Positions 10,718 through 23,969 are shown, counted from the first letter of the whole stretch. The stretch: 62,469 bases of DNA, filler included, from Squatina squatina (GCA_031763465.1; 4 parts of 4 records of this genome joined end to end with filler, not necessarily neighbours in it); one strand, 5' to 3'. Notes: generated from the sequence alone by a model not told the origin. Translations and numbers: made by a program.

Positions 10718-10894
10718 CTTGTGAATTCCCTCTTCGTTCACACGCACTTTCTGGAATAGGACTTTAAAGATTTTGCTCAGGCTAAATGCAAAGAATCGGA
10801 CTATACTTAACCGAAGACCATGGCCCATCTTCTCCAATATGTCAGCTGCTTCATCGCTAATGATATCTGGAGATTCGCCAGTCTCTTTTGATAA
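10718..10894 (-). CDS. GNPAT: GNPAT exon (LSKETGESPDIISDEAADILEKMGHGLRLSIVRFFAFSLSKIFKVLFQKVRVNEEGIHK)
   Basis: 177 bp, phase 0-0, AG/GT; matches the GNPAT N-terminal region ending VNEEGIxK. Confidence 0.92.
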
Positions 10895-11154
10895 CTAATA
10901 AAATACAACAGAAAATTGCAATTACACAGAGCTTAACCCAAGTAATTTTTGACAGCCCCTGCCCCAAGTATCTCCTTCAATGGGCAAGTAACCATTTTGA
11001 ACAGCAAGTTCAAAGGATTGAGCTCCAAAGTCACAAAGAATCTGGCTTTCTATCNNNNNNNNNNNNNNNNNNNNNNNNNNNNNNNNNNNNNNNNNNNNNN
11101 NNNNNNNNNNNNNNNNNNNNNNNNNNNNNNNNNNNNNNNNNNNNNNNNNNNNNN

Positions 11155-11735
11155 AAGTACTTCATTGGTTATGAAACACTTTGGGATGTCCTGAGGCTGT
11201 GAAAGTCACCATATAAATGCAATTTTGTTATCATCTAACTCTGACTTCTCTCACCTCAGCCCATGTACCACCTTTGTGACCTCTGACCACAATTCCAATG
11301 CTCTCCTGACTCCGGCCTCTCACTTTCCACCCTCCATGAACGTGAGCTTGTCCAAAACTCTGCTGCACCAAGTCCTGCTCACCCATCACTTTTGTATTGG
11401 CTCCTGGCCTCCCAATGCCTCAAGTTTTATCCTTGTATCTGCCCCCTGACATCTCTCTAAAACCTACTACCCCTCAATCTCCATTCCTGACTCTGGCCTC
11501 AAAAGTATCCTTTTGCCCCACCATTGGTGCCTGTGCCTTCAGCTTCTTAAGACCCAGGCTCTGCAATTCTCTCCCTAAACCTGTCTCCCCACCTCCTTGT
11601 CCTCACAAAACCACCACTTGGACCAAGCTTTTGGTCACCCCTCCTAGGCCTCAGTGTCCATTTTATTTTCCCTTGCTCCTCCGTAAAGTGCCCACGCTTT
11701 TTAACGTTAAATTCACTATATAAATGCAAGTTTCT
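11155..11735 (+). mobile_element. SINE tail followed by an L2 3' remnant
   Basis: Two TATAAATGCAA tails and L2 3' motifs. Confidence 0.6.
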
Positions 11736-12342
11736 GTTGAATCAAGATCACCAACCTGAATTGATGAGACAATCTACCAATCAATCTGATCTTGCAATTA
11801 ACCTCTGGTTATGTTGTGAAGAACTGACTTAACCCCTCCAAAATTAACTGGGATTTGGTTTCCACAGGAGGAACAAGAAGTCTGAAATACTCCCGACTGG
11901 GCAGGTGGGAAGATTTAAAAATGGAGCGCTGATTCTCAGTGACAGTGATATTAAGAGAATCAACACCAGGTCCAAGTCAAAACATGTGTAATTTTGTTCC
12001 AATTTCCAAAAATAAATTTTGTAAAATATTGTGCAGAATGCAGCATTCAGCTGGGTTGAGTGGTGTCTGTATTTTTGTTGCCCTGTTTGGCTACATTTGA
12101 CTAATTTGTGATTAAGTGTCAAAGTTGCAATATTTGTGATTTTAATTTTTGTTTCACTTTGGCTGCTTTTGTTGTAAATGTGGTCAAACCTCCTCCAGCT
12201 CAGAGGTAGGTTTCAATAAGCTGTTTTGGGAAACAGACAGAGNNNNNNNNNNNNNNNNNNNNNNNNNNNNNNNNNNNNNNNNNNNNNNNNNNNNNNNNNN
12301 NNNNNNNNNNNNNNNNNNNNNNNNNNNNNNNNNNNNNNNNNN

Positions 12343-13270
12343 CAATGTCTCCCCGGGTGTGTGGGAACATCGCAATTTCAGGGCCAATATCTCTTCCATT
12401 GACACTGCTTACAATGCTGTCTATCTTTGTGTCATCAGTCAATTTGGATATATGACTTTCAATGCCATCATCTAAGTTGTTAATAAATTGTGAATAGTTG
12501 AGGCCCCAACACAGATCCCTGTGGGACACCACGAGTCACATCCTGCCAATTAGAGTACCTGCCCATTATCCCTACTCTGTCTCCTGCCACTCAGCCAATT
12601 TCTTAACCAATTTAATAATTCACCTTCAATTCCATGGGCTTCAACCTTAGTTCAGTCTATTGAGGGATTTATCAAATGCCTTCTGCAAATCCATATAAAT
12701 AACATCCATAGCCATTCCCCTGTACACTTTAGTCACCACTTCAAAAAATTCAGTCAGGTTCATGAGGCATGACCTACCTTTTTACAAATCCATGCTGGTT
12801 CTCGCTGATCAGCTGAAAATTTTCCGAAGTGTTCAGTCACCCTCTCCTTAATGACAGATTTTAGTAATTTCCAGACAACAGATGTTAGGCTAACTGGTCT
12901 ACAATTCCCTGGTTTCCCCCTCTCACCATTCTCAAATAGCAGAGTGACATGCACAATCTTCCAATCTAAAGAAACCTGAATTGAGAACACTTTGGAAGAT
13001 TATAGTTAGGACATCTGCAATGTGCTCACCTAATTCTTTTAAAATCTGGGGATGGAAATCATCTGGTTGGTCCTGGGGATTTATTACTCTTTAGTTCCAT
13101 TACTTTCTTCATTACTGTTATTTTGCTTACATTAATTTTGTTGAGTTCCTGTCCCTGATTCAGTATTCGTTTTCTTGGGATATCCAGCACGCTATCCTCT
13201 TCCTCTACGGTAAATACTGACACAAAATAATTATTCAACACGTTCACCATTTCCACATCACTGACAATGT
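12343..13270 (-). mobile_element. CR1 LINE ORF2 (RT) remnant
   Basis: Peptides PGNCRPVSLTSVVWKLLKS and FINNLDDGIESHISKLTDDTK; multiple frameshifts. Confidence 0.88.
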
Positions 13271-13784
13271 CACTATTCATTAGAAAAGTTCGTATTTGTA
13301 AATCTGACAGCAAGTTTAATGTAAAATCTCAGATTAAATTATATAATGAAACTCAGGAGCCAATGTAAATTGTAACAACCAGATTTATTCAATTAACATT
13401 TATACCGACCACACCAACATACACCATTTTTGGCACATCACAATTTCTGAACATATAGCTTATAAATATACAGGACAGACATTCACTGTGTTTATGCAAT
13501 ACCTGGTTTGAGAGCGCTGAGCAGACAGAGTTACAGAATATCAAGTATAAAACACCAAAAAAATACCAAACTATCCAGCATACATAAAAAAGTTTGAGTT
13601 CCGAGGAAATATCCGCTAGTCGCAAGAAAAAAAAGTGGACCAGCCGCTGAAGTTCCTGATGACTGGATTCACATTTAAAAGAGGTTTTAATACAATAGAT
13701 GGAACCCTAAGTGGAGAGAGCTTATCGGTTTACATAAGAAATAGCAGAAGTAGGCCATATGGCCCCTCGGACCTGTATCTTCGG

Positions 13785-13884
13785 NNNNNNNNNNNNNNNN
13801 NNNNNNNNNNNNNNNNNNNNNNNNNNNNTTAATTAATTAANNNNNNNNNNNNNNNNNNNNNNNNNNNNNNNNNNNNNNNNNNNN
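13785..13884. other. Artificial scaffold linker (44N-TTAATTAATTAA-44N)
   Basis: Six-frame stop linker at 13829-13840; the identical 100-bp structure occurs three times. Confidence 0.97.
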
Positions 13885-15125
13885 ATTGTAAAGTGGCTAA
13901 TTGGGGGCTTCACTGAAAATTTTCAAAGAGTCCCATTTCCAGCGTTAAATTCAGCACTTAGTGCTAGAAACTTTAAAAACCCGAACTGGCCACCCTTTGT
14001 ATACATTGTAGTTCTATACTCATCAGGAGAACATATATACAGTTTAGAATAGTCAAAATCTGTTTTTTGTAACATGGGATTGTATCAGCGTTTTGGGGAT
14101 CCAACTCTGCAACTTGGTCCATTTTGTTATGAAAAATAAATCCGTGCCTTTGATCAGCTCTGTCCCGACTTGGCAGCTCATCCAAATGGACGACAACTTC
14201 CAAGTGCACTACTCTCAGTTTAATAGCCTACAATTCCCAGGAACAGCTCAAGGATGCTACTGCCGGCTAGGGGTGGGAAGGGAATTCGTTGCAAGCAATA
14301 GCAGTGTCTGAATGGCAGTCCACCCCAGTATATAGTGGTCAACCTACTAACACAAGGCTGCTGGGGAAGGAGTGGAGCGGGGGAGTCCCAGTTACAGGAT
14401 TGCACAGGGAGCGTGCAACCACATTTGTTTTATAAAGTGAGCACAAAGTTAACCTTTCAAGTCATTACCACTTTCTTTCATGCTGCAGCTCCAGCTCGAA
14501 TCCACGATCTATATTCAGGACAGCTTATGCAACAAACATGCATCACGTCACTGTGACCCGGCCCCAAGAAGCCCAGCACATTCTTTACTTCACGTACATG
14601 TACTTTCAGCAGTACTGCCGAGGATCAGCTCACAAAGGCCAGCAATATCAGGACTCAACTATTTTTATTTGAAAATAAAACAGAAAGTAGAGGACTATTA
14701 AAATAGGGCGTCTGTTTTCAGGAGGAAGTGCCAGACATGCCAACTGCTTTTAACAAACATGAGCACCTCTGAATTACAAACAGTTCGTGAGGCTTATAAA
14801 ATGGAGGCAATAAGCAATTCCTGAAACAGTTAAGCCCTGCCAGATTTCAGAGTCAGTTCCTTTGGTGAAGAAGCACAGGGGGTGTCGAGGGTTCAAATAT
14901 GTGTCCATATACAATAGAGGCCTCAGGACCAAACTGAACAATTCCCTGTGGTCACAGCCACCTTGCCACAATTACACTAAAGCAAGTATAAACCTGACCA
15001 AAATTGAAGCGCTGGTAGAGAGAAGATGATTTACAGTGTGCTCAGACACTCGACAGTCAATTTATATATTGTACACCAGGGGATTGCTCATTGCAGGTCT
15101 TGTACACAAGCCAGCGATCCCAAAA

Positions 15126-15317
15126 CTAGTGCGGGGGTCCTTTGTTCTCGCCATCGGCCCTACATTCCGGTGGAAGGAGCCTGCGGGCATTGGATTTCAC
15201 CCATGGATGTTCAACCACGTCCTTCAGGGGAAGTCTCAATACCGGATTATGTCGAAGCAATTGGCTGATTAGACTCTTGGCACCGTCTGACATGCTGGCT
15301 CCAAACTGGATATCAAC
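15126..15317 (-). CDS. AURKB: Aurora kinase B-type, last exon ([63 protein letters not shown])
   Basis: TTTTTTAG acceptor and TAG at 15126-15128; the HPWV..RRLLPP tail is Aurora B/C-like. Confidence 0.85.
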   Translation of the reverse strand, partial: VDIQFGASMSDGAKSLISQLLRHNPVLRLPLKDVVEHPWVKSNARRLLPPECRADGENKGPPH

Positions 15318-15568
15318 CTAAAAAAATTCAAATGCTACAGATTTGTTTCAGTTTAGTCAATGATACAGTAGTGCGGAGTTTGTAATGAGCAAATTGAAAG
15401 AAAGTACCAACTAGCCTTACTGATGGCAAGCTTGTAAGACGGTTAACCATCGCAATTTAGACCATTGTGGGTCCAAATGCACTACAGGCTCACAGGACAC
15501 AGGCTGCTCACAAACGCCCCTGGGAGGCAGGCCAGGGTTGATTTTAAAAACTCCAAACAATTTGGGCT

Positions 15569-16280
15569 GAGGAACAGAGGGACCTTGGAGTGCATGCCCA
15601 CAGATCCCTGAAGGTAGCAGGACAGGTAGATACGGTGGTTACGAAGGCCTATGGGATACATTCCTTCATTAGCCGAGGTATGGAATATAAGCAGGGAGGT
15701 TATGCTTGAACTGTAGAAAACACTGGTTAGGCCACAGCTAGAGGACTGCGTGCAGTTCTGGTCACCACATTACAGGAAGGATGTGATTGCACGAGGGAGA
15801 GGAGATTTACCAGGATGTTGCCTGGTCTGCTGGACTGGAGAATTTTAGCGATGAGGAAAGATTGGATCGGCTGGGGGGTGTTTTCTTTGGAACAGAGAAG
15901 GCTGAGGGGGGAGACCTAATTGAGGTGTATAAAATTATGAGGGGCCTGGACAGAGCGGATAGGACGGACATATTTCACCCACCAGAGGAGTCAATTACCA
16001 GAAAGCAGAGATTTAAAGTAATTGGTAGAAGGATTAGAGGGTATTTGAGAACTTTCTTCACGCTGAGGGGGGTGAGGGTCTGGAACTCACTGCCTGAGAG
16101 GATGGTAAGAGGCAGAAATGCTCAACACATTTAAAAAGTACTTAGGTTACCGCACTTCAAGTGCACATCCATGAGGCTACAGACCAAGAGCTGGAACGTG
16201 GGATTGGGCTGGATAGCTTTTATTTCAGCTGGCACCGACACGATGGGCCGAATGGCCGCCTTCTATGATTCGATGACAAT
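15569..16280 (+). mobile_element. CR1 LINE 3' fragment (intronic)
   Basis: GDLIEVYKIMRGLDR..VWNSLP peptide and CR1 3' tail. Confidence 0.88.
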
Positions 16281-16299
16281 TCTAACTACAGCCGCTCAC

Positions 16300-16474
16300 C
16301 TTACAGATCTTCCTGTATGTCTCCTGGTGAGACCCAGACTCAAATGGAGGGTGTCCCACCAGGAATTCGTAGCACAGAATTCCCAAGCACCACAAGTCCA
16401 CTTTCTCATCATGCATCCGGCCTTCGACCATCTCTGGAGGCAGGTAATCCAAAGTGCCACACAAAGTCTTCCTT
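16300..16474 (-). CDS. AURKB: Aurora kinase exon ([58 protein letters not shown])
   Basis: Activation-loop and P+1 motifs; 175 bp, AG/GT, phases consistent. Confidence 0.88.
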
Positions 16475-16908
16475 CTGCAGGGATTAGATTTACAATACAA
16501 GGTTAGATCAGAGGTCAGGTAAAACCGGACAGCATAGTTCTCCCACACACCCCACAGTTCTGGTACCAGTCAGACCCAATGTCTGCTTTACTGAAGTGTG
16601 GCCTTCTACCAATGACTGAACCTGTTGCTATGAACCAGTGGTGTGAGGAGGCTACTGGCAGAGACTGATTTTCCTATACCCACCATATATCACCCTTCCA
16701 GATTAAACCAGGGCGGCAAGGGGTTGGCACGACCTTTGATGACGTGGCGTGCCGACCCGCAGTGAAATTCCCCAGGCCAGGCGCAAAGGCTGTGCCTCTG
16801 GGACCACCCCAGGGAATTTCCTGGCAGGTGAGATCGACCCCCCCACTCCCCCCCGCCACCACCCCATGAGAGTGACGTAGTTGATTCTGAGACTGGCGTC
16901 CTGAATCT

Positions 16909-18120
16909 AAATAAAGGAAACTACGAGGCACGGGTTGGCTATGATAGATTGGGGAACGTTACTTAAGGGGTTGACGGTGGATCGGCAATCGCAAACATTT
17001 AAGGAGCGCATGGATGAACTACAATAATTGCTCATTCCTGTCTGGCACAAAAANNNNNNNNNNNNNNNNNNNNNNNNNNNNNNNNNNNNNNNNNNNNNNN
17101 NNNNNNNNNNNNNNNNNNNNNNNNNNNNNNNNNNNNNNNNNNNNNNNNNNNNNNNNNNNNNNNNNNNNNNNNNNNNNNNNNNNNNNNNNNNNNNNNNNNN
17201 NNNNNNNNNNNNNNNNNNNNNNNNNNNNNNNNNNNNNNNNNNNNNNNNNNNNNNNNNNNNNNNNNNNNNNNNNNNNNNNNNNNNNNNNNNNNNNNNNNNN
17301 NNNNNNNNNNNNNNNNNNNNNNNNNNNNNNNNNNNNNNNNNNNNNNNNNNNNNNNNNNNNNNNNNNNNNNNNNNNNNNNNNNNNNNNNNNNNNNNNNNNN
17401 NNNNNNNNNNNNNNNNNNNNNNNNNNNNNNNNNNNNNNNNNNNNNNNNNNNNNNNNNNNNNNNNNNNNNNNNNNNNNNNNNNNNNNNNNNNNNNNNNNNN
17501 NNNNNNNNNNNNNNNNNNNNNNNNNNNNNNNNNNNNNNNNNNNNNNNNNNNNNNNNNNNNNNNNNNNNNNNNNNNNNNNNNNNNNNNNNNNNNNNNNNNN
17601 NNNNNNNNNNNNNNNNNNNNNNNNNNNNNNNNNNNNNNNNNNNNNNNNNNNNNNNNNNNNNNNNNNNNNNNNNNNNNNNNNNNNNNNNNNNNNNNNNNNN
17701 NNNNNNNNNNNNNNNNNNNNNNNNNNNNNNNNNNNNNNNNNNNNNNNNNNNNNNNNNNNNNNNNNNNNNNNNNNNNNNNNNNNNNNNNNNNNNNNNNNNN
17801 NNNNNNNNNNNNNNNNNNNNNNNNNNNNNNNNNNNNNNNNNNNNNNNNNNNNNNNNNNNNNNNNNNNNNNNNNNNNNNNNNNNNNNNNNNNNNNNNNNNN
17901 NNNNNNNNNNNNNNNNNNNNNNNNNNNNNNNNNNNNNNNNNNNNNNNNNNNNNNNNNNNNNNNNNNNNNNNNNNNNNNNNNNNNNNNNNNNNNNNNNNNN
18001 NNNNNNNNNNNNNNNNNNNNNNNNNNNGAATTTGGATGATCAGCCATGATCATATTGAATGGCGGAGCAGGCTCGAAGGGCCAAATGGCCTACTCCTGCT
18101 CCTAGTTTCTATGTTTCTAA
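16909..18120 (+). mobile_element. CR1 LINE spanning an N gap
   Basis: ORF2-like sequence before the gap and CR1 tail GGCTCGAAGGGCCAAATGGCCTACTCCTGCTCCT..TTCTATGTTTCTA after it. Confidence 0.7.
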
Positions 18121-18551
18121 TATCTTACCTCCAACCCCCTTGATTCACCATTTAATCTCGTTGCTGAGGGTCAGACTTTACTCTGGTCAAATATACTCTT
18201 AGCTACAGCGAGAGACACAGGCTGCCAACTAAAGATAGGACCCCCTCTGCATGAGGAATCAACATGGACTCAAATTCCAGGGTCACGATGGTGGGGTTTC
18301 ATACTGTCCATTTTAAGACACTTTAAAACTTCCATAAACGAGCACACTAAAGATCGACTCATTTACAATTGTGTTTAGATTTGAACTTTGAACCCAAAGC
18401 TCCCTTCAATTTATCCTTTTCCAGCTAAAGACAAACTTCACTTTCAACACAATCTGTCGGAGTCTCCACGATCCCAGACAGGAGATTACAATGAGCAGAG
18501 GTTCTGTGGACTTTTACAAAACAGGTGGCTGCAAATAAGATTCTCACAAAC

Positions 18552-18700
18552 CTTGATGATGGAGCATGCACAGACCACCCAAAGTCAGCTATTTTCAGCT
18601 CCCCGTGCAGGCCCAGCAACAGGTTCTCTGGTTTGATGTCTCTGTGAATCACCTTCTTCGAATGACAATACTGTAATGCGTCTGCCAGCTCCAAAATATA
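18552..18700 (-). CDS. AURKB: Aurora kinase exon ([49 protein letters not shown])
   Basis: HRDIKPEN and DFGWSVH motifs; 149 bp, AG/GT. Confidence 0.88.
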
Positions 18701-19739
18701 CTGCAGTATTCAAACAAAAAAACAAGACAGGTTCAGCATCACCGCACGGTCTGCTATTTAAAGACAAGAAGAATGAAATAAATTAAGGGAGGAACATCAG
18801 GGCCATCGCATGGAAAATTATTTATGGAAGGAGTTGAATTGGAGTCAGTAACTTGGTAACTAAAGTAAAGCTACTGCTGTGTTTGTGAGAAGGGGTTTGT
18901 GTGTTTTCGTGCTGTGTTTAGAGAATGTAATGGGCTTCAATCAGCAGTTGTGCCCATGGAAGACGACAATGCACGATTGTTAATCTAAACAGATTCCTCA
19001 GCCCATCGCAACAGGCACATTCTCACTGTTACAAACTTCACTGATCCAACAAGACAGTTAGACTTTACTATTATATTTTGGGCACAATACACACTCCATT
19101 CATCTTAATCCGCATTTATTAAAACATTAAATTCACAATTTCCCATGTTATTTATGTTCCTCAATTTAAATTGGTAGATAATCCAAGGATTTTAACCACC
19201 GAATACACTTTAAATTCTCAGGGATTGACAGTAGAATGAATGAGATCACCAATAAAGAATTGAAATTATAATTTCAAATCTCAGTGACACAATGCACCGT
19301 GTGGAGGATTTACAGAAATCCCAGCCAAGTCAGCAGTTCAACAGGCCAGTATTATCTCACAAACACAGCGCTAAAATACACAAACTGCCCTAAATTACAC
19401 AAACTGCCCTTGTCACAAACGTCTTCAAGACAGCTGGGGAACTGGCCACATTCTGCAGCCCGAGTTCAGGCCCAGACAAGTAGTGTGCAGTTCCTCACAT
19501 GCCATGTTCACAACCTCAAACACTCTGCTGCAAGTTCGGCACTTCACAGGGAGATATTAGGAGCCAGTCACCTCCGATCACTGGTGCCCGTTCACCTCCC
19601 AGCAACAGAACAGATGTCACTGTTAACGGAGGTTACAGAAAGTGCAAAACACAAGACGACACAGGATAGAAATAATGACACCAGAACAGAATTAACCATC
19701 ACTTTGCAATGAACAGATCATTTACTGATCCTCACTCAC

Positions 19740-19878
19740 AGTGGCTGTCTTCTGCTCAGTGAAGCGGCCGTATTTCTGCAGCTGTTTGTACAGCTCTCCT
19801 TGAGGGGCATATTCTAGCATTAGGTAAATTCTCGTCCGATCAAAGAAATAGTTGTAAAGCCTCAAGATGTTTGGATGC
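19740..19878 (-). CDS. AURKB: Aurora kinase exon ([46 protein letters not shown])
   Basis: LYNYF and GELYK are Aurora B-type; 139 bp, AG/GT. Confidence 0.88.
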
Positions 19879-20689
19879 CTGAAATTTAAAAATAGTAGTG
19901 GATCACTATGCGCAACAAACAACCTACCACAGGCCTGGGACCATTGGCCTTCAGATAGTTTTCAGCGGAAGGTCTCACTGTGGGCCAAACTCTGTCAAGG
20001 TTGTGAAACAAACCTACTCGGAAGGCGAGGAGTGTATTTGGGCAAAACCTTTTGGCCAATTTTAGGGGAAAGGAGGTTTGCATATTCCGATACAATGAAA
20101 CACTCAGTGTGCAGGAACCCGACCTAGAAAAAGCAAGCCCAGCAATGTGATTTTGTCTCTTCTCATACCGCTGTGGTTGTCAAATAAGACCTCTGAGGTC
20201 TCTGCTGGGAATTGGGATGAGGCTGTCCAAATTCACTTGGAATCCTGCAGTTGACATCACTTTGAGCTGCTATATTCAAAACCATGCCCTGGAAAAGACG
20301 GACAGCATTCTAATCCTTTGCACTGGAGTTCCCAGTGTGGGGACTGATTTCGGTTTCTGTCCACAAAGGAATTTACAACGTACACAGATAAGAGACACAG
20401 CTTTGGCGCTCATTTGAAGTGTAATATGAAACAGCAAAAGGCTGCAGCCCAGCCATGGGTTTCAACACTCACTGCACATGCATCAGTCCCAGATTCTAGT
20501 GCCCGGCTCCAGCATGGTGTGGGAGGAATTGTGTCAGCTTTTGGCTAATCAAAAGATGGGACATTTTGTGATGTGCAGCTTTTCATGTAAAGTTCTCTTC
20601 CTTTTGGAAGAGCGAGCAAAACAAGCACCAGGCAATGACCTGCGTTCCATTCTGGATGAGGCCATGCACAAAGGCACTGGAATGGCAGA

Positions 20690-21020
20690 TACGGCGCTTT
20701 CCGACAATGTATTAACAAAAACTATTTCCTCTGGTGGGAGAGTCCAGAACAAGGGGGAATAACCTTAAAATTACAGCTAGGCCATTGAGGAGTGAACCTG
20801 ACAAGCACTTGTAATGGGTGAGCAACAAGGTAGGAAGCACCTTTTCACACAAAGCATAGTGGAAATCTGGAATTCTCTCCCCTCAAAGTTGTTGAGGCCA
20901 ATTGAAATATGGAACCAAGGCGAGTAAATGAAGTTATGATGCAGATCAGTCATAGTCAAATTGAATGGCGGGAACAGGCTCAAGGGGGGGCTGAATGGCC
21001 TCCTCCTGATCCGATTCTTC
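20690..21020 (+). mobile_element. Degraded CR1 3' remnant
   Basis: ..GAAATCTGGAATTCTCTCCC.. and tail GGCTCAAGGGGGGCTGAATGGCCTCCTCCTG. Confidence 0.65.
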
Positions 21021-21168
21021 TCCTACCTCCCAACCCATCTCACAAGGCTACCTCCAATTACCAAAAAGAACATGAAAAATAAAGAGTGGAAAAGATTTCG
21101 CCAGGAACGACTGTACTTTGAAGCAGCACAGAGGTGGGCATGGGTAAAAAAGACAGACACTGACTTAC

Positions 21169-21357
21169 TTGAGATGAGACTGAATTTCAATCTCTCGTCG
21201 GAGTTGATGCTCAACATTCTCTTTCTCAAGCTGGGACTTGAAAAGCACTTTCAGTGCCAGGATAAAGTGTGAATCCCGTTCACGAGCCAAGTACACATTT
21301 CCAAATTTGCCTTTTCCAAGCGGGCGTCCGATGTCAAAGTTGTCAATGGACCACTTT
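21169..21357 (-). CDS. AURKB: Aurora kinase exon ([62 protein letters not shown])
   Basis: Gly-rich loop and ALKVLFK; 189 bp, AG/GT. Confidence 0.9.
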
Positions 21358-22523
21358 CTAATTTCAAAAACAACATTCCTTTAGTCTGCATACAAATGTA
21401 AAACCCAAACTTACCGAGACTCAGACTGTAACGGTGGAGAACAAGTGGAGCGACAACAGAAGCAAGGACTCAAACAGGGGACACAGCACATTTTTATATA
21501 CACTTCCTGTATTCGAGGATTTTTTTTTCATGCATGGACAGAACTTGTATCATTTAAAACTCCCAACATTTTGATTTAGTAATCTACTGAGACCTGGTGG
21601 TACACAACATACAGTGTCAGGACTGCTGTAGGTAGTCAGTGGCCATTTCTATTTCTGCGATACTCTGGATCGACAGAGGTGCCTGTATCCTCCGACTGTT
21701 TCTACATTCTGTTTGAAGCTACAGAGTGAGAATGATCAACATCACTGGATCATAGTCACAATCTGGGTTAAATGCAAGAATATACTTCCTTTAAAAACAA
21801 AAAGTGGAAGAGATTATCATCATCATGAGCGAAGACTTAAGCATATCAACCTCCCCCCACTAATGTTTGGTATCACCCAGAAAATTGGACGGGTTGGGAA
21901 ACAAGGCAAACTACTTGCTTCTTCCAGGGGTGAAAATGGACAGACGTCACTTCAGACTGATCTTAAAGAGCTCCAAACAACTGGCTCAAGCAGGGAGATT
22001 GCAGTATCTGACCAGGCTGCCTACTTGTCCCATCTCATTCAGATCCACCTGCCACACAGTGCCCAATCCTAATGGTTGTCCAGAACCAAGGTTCCCTGTT
22101 GTTAAAAGCAGTGCGTCAGTGAGTCATAAAGTAGAAGCTCCCAACTTCAACCTCCAGTTGGTTAACTGCCCTCTCCACTGTTGGCCTAGTGAGAGGAAAA
22201 CTAGACTGGGGTGCCACCGCTGCATCGCTATTCAAAGCGCCTCCCATCGGACAAAAAATACAGCCGATCTCCTGCGGCTTTGCTCAGTTAGTCCGAGGCC
22301 ATGCGGAGTGTGACAGGAGGCCTGATGTTTACAGCAAGTACATGCTATCTGCAAGAAAATATCTTGCGCGTCCTTCCCAAAGGAAGTCACAGCCAATTTG
22401 TTGCTTTTTGAACTATTGTTCAGTAGCCAAATGTGGCTACAGATCCAGCAAAGAGATTAATTAAGCACACCCCTCCCAAAGAAGCAGCAGAATTGGCACA
22501 TTGAACAAATGAAAGACACTTAC

Positions 22524-22581
22524 TTAACTAACAGCTGGCTTTCTGCTTCTGCTCCTACTCTTTGAATTCCAGATCCCAGAG
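22524..22581 (-). CDS. AURKB: Probable Aurora kinase N-terminal small exon (LGSGIQRVGAEAESQLLVK)
   Basis: TTGTCTGCAG acceptor and GTAAGT donor; phase 1-2 splices in frame onto 21357. Confidence 0.65.
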
Positions 22582-22879
22582 CTGCAGACAAGATTGAAAG
22601 CACATACAAGCGGTCATTTTCCATTCAGCACATGTTTAAAAAAAGACATTGACAATTTGTACATGGACAACCTGTGGCTCAAAAAGTTCATTCAGTTTTC
22701 AAAACTTCAATGCATTTCAACATTAATTAATGGAAAAGTTACCTACCTTGCAAGGTCATCTTTGCTCCTTAACAGTGTGGACAGAGCAGACCCAGATTTG
22801 TGATACATTAGTAAGATCTGGAACGCCATCTCAGCAGTAAAGTAGGGGTCCAATACTACTGTCTTGCTTGATCATTTAC

Positions 22880-23030
22880 CTGGAAGCACCATGGTAAATG
22901 ACCCAGCATCTGAGGCCCCGTCATATGATCCAAGGCTGGTGGTGCCCACCAAGACAAAAGGGGGCTTCTCAATCAGAGGAGCAGCATGGTTGCATGCCAA
23001 GGATTCATGCAATGCAGAGCGGGTGACAAG
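22880..23030 (-). CDS. Possible Aurora kinase N-terminal exon (alternative acceptor would start it at 23062)
   Basis: Open frame ending CCAG|GTAAAT in phase 1, compatible with 22581; no recognisable homology. Confidence 0.35.
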
Positions 23031-23076
23031 CTGGCAAAAATTCTTAGCCAGCTTGTGCAAACCTATGAAAAGGGGC

Positions 23077-23230
23077 ATCAAGTGGGAGAGCATTTTGGTG
23101 GTAGTGATCATAATTCAGTTAGATTTAGGGTAGTTATGGAAAAGGACAAAGATAGACCAGGAATAAAAGTTCTCAATTGGGGAAAAGCCAATTTTACTAA
23201 GCTGAGATGTGATTTAGCCAAAGTGGACTG
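23077..23230 (+). mobile_element. CR1 ORF2 endonuclease C-terminal fragment
   Basis: VGEHFGGSDHNSVRF..LNWGKANF (the SDH motif of APE endonucleases). Confidence 0.85.
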
Positions 23231-23969
23231 NNNNNNNNNNNNNNNNNNNNNNNNNNNNNNNNNNNNNNNNNNNNNNNNNNNNNNNNNNNNNNNNNNNNNN
23301 NNNNNNNNNNNNNNNNNNNNNNNNNNNNNNGCAGAGGTGAAGCGGCCCAGGGATCTCGCCAGCAGATGCAGTTTGCATACACTGGTCAGATTACGTGGGA
23401 GGCCTGCCAATCAGGTAGGAGTATCTCCCATTCATACCTCTGCAGGTGTCTGTCATATACAGAGATTTGTAGAAGTATGAAAGGGAGATAATAAAACTGC
23501 ACAAAGATCAATTATTAAAACTACTCAAACATCAAAATTTAATAAAATTATATATAATTAGATAAATATTTTTAAATCTTTTAAAATGTACAAAAATATA
23601 CTTGCCTTAATGGACATGGTTTTTAAACCAATGTTCCAGTCATTTAATTTATTTTTATATTTTTTTAAACTCTTATGCTGGTAAAAGCAGGCCTATACGC
23701 TTGCTTTTACAATGCATAAGAAATTAAAGAGCTTTCTATGGGCAAGAGTTGGGCAAATAGGCCAAATCTCTGCCCAGGAAAGCTCTTTTGCAGTCCACTC
23801 AGATGATCTGACAAGACAAATCTTGATAGATCGCAAGTTCCGGATTTAGGGACATGCGCAGTGCAGCCCTAGACGCAGAGCTTCTCCAGGCACATGCGAA
23901 CATCGTACGCACCCGAGGGACCGCAAATTCTGCCCCAATATGTAGGATTACCAAGAAATGACACCGTAC

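Noticed and set aside
13829-13840. TTAATTAATTAA as a biological palindrome
   Set aside because: It occurs three times, each centred in exactly 44+44 N, so it is a synthetic linker.
13973-14311. Overlapping short ORFs downstream of the Aurora kinase
   Set aside because: No homology or convincing splice pattern; lengths are expected by chance.
17014-18143. ORFs of more than 340 aa
   Set aside because: Almost entirely N; they are gap read-through artefacts. The same applies to 42131-43271.
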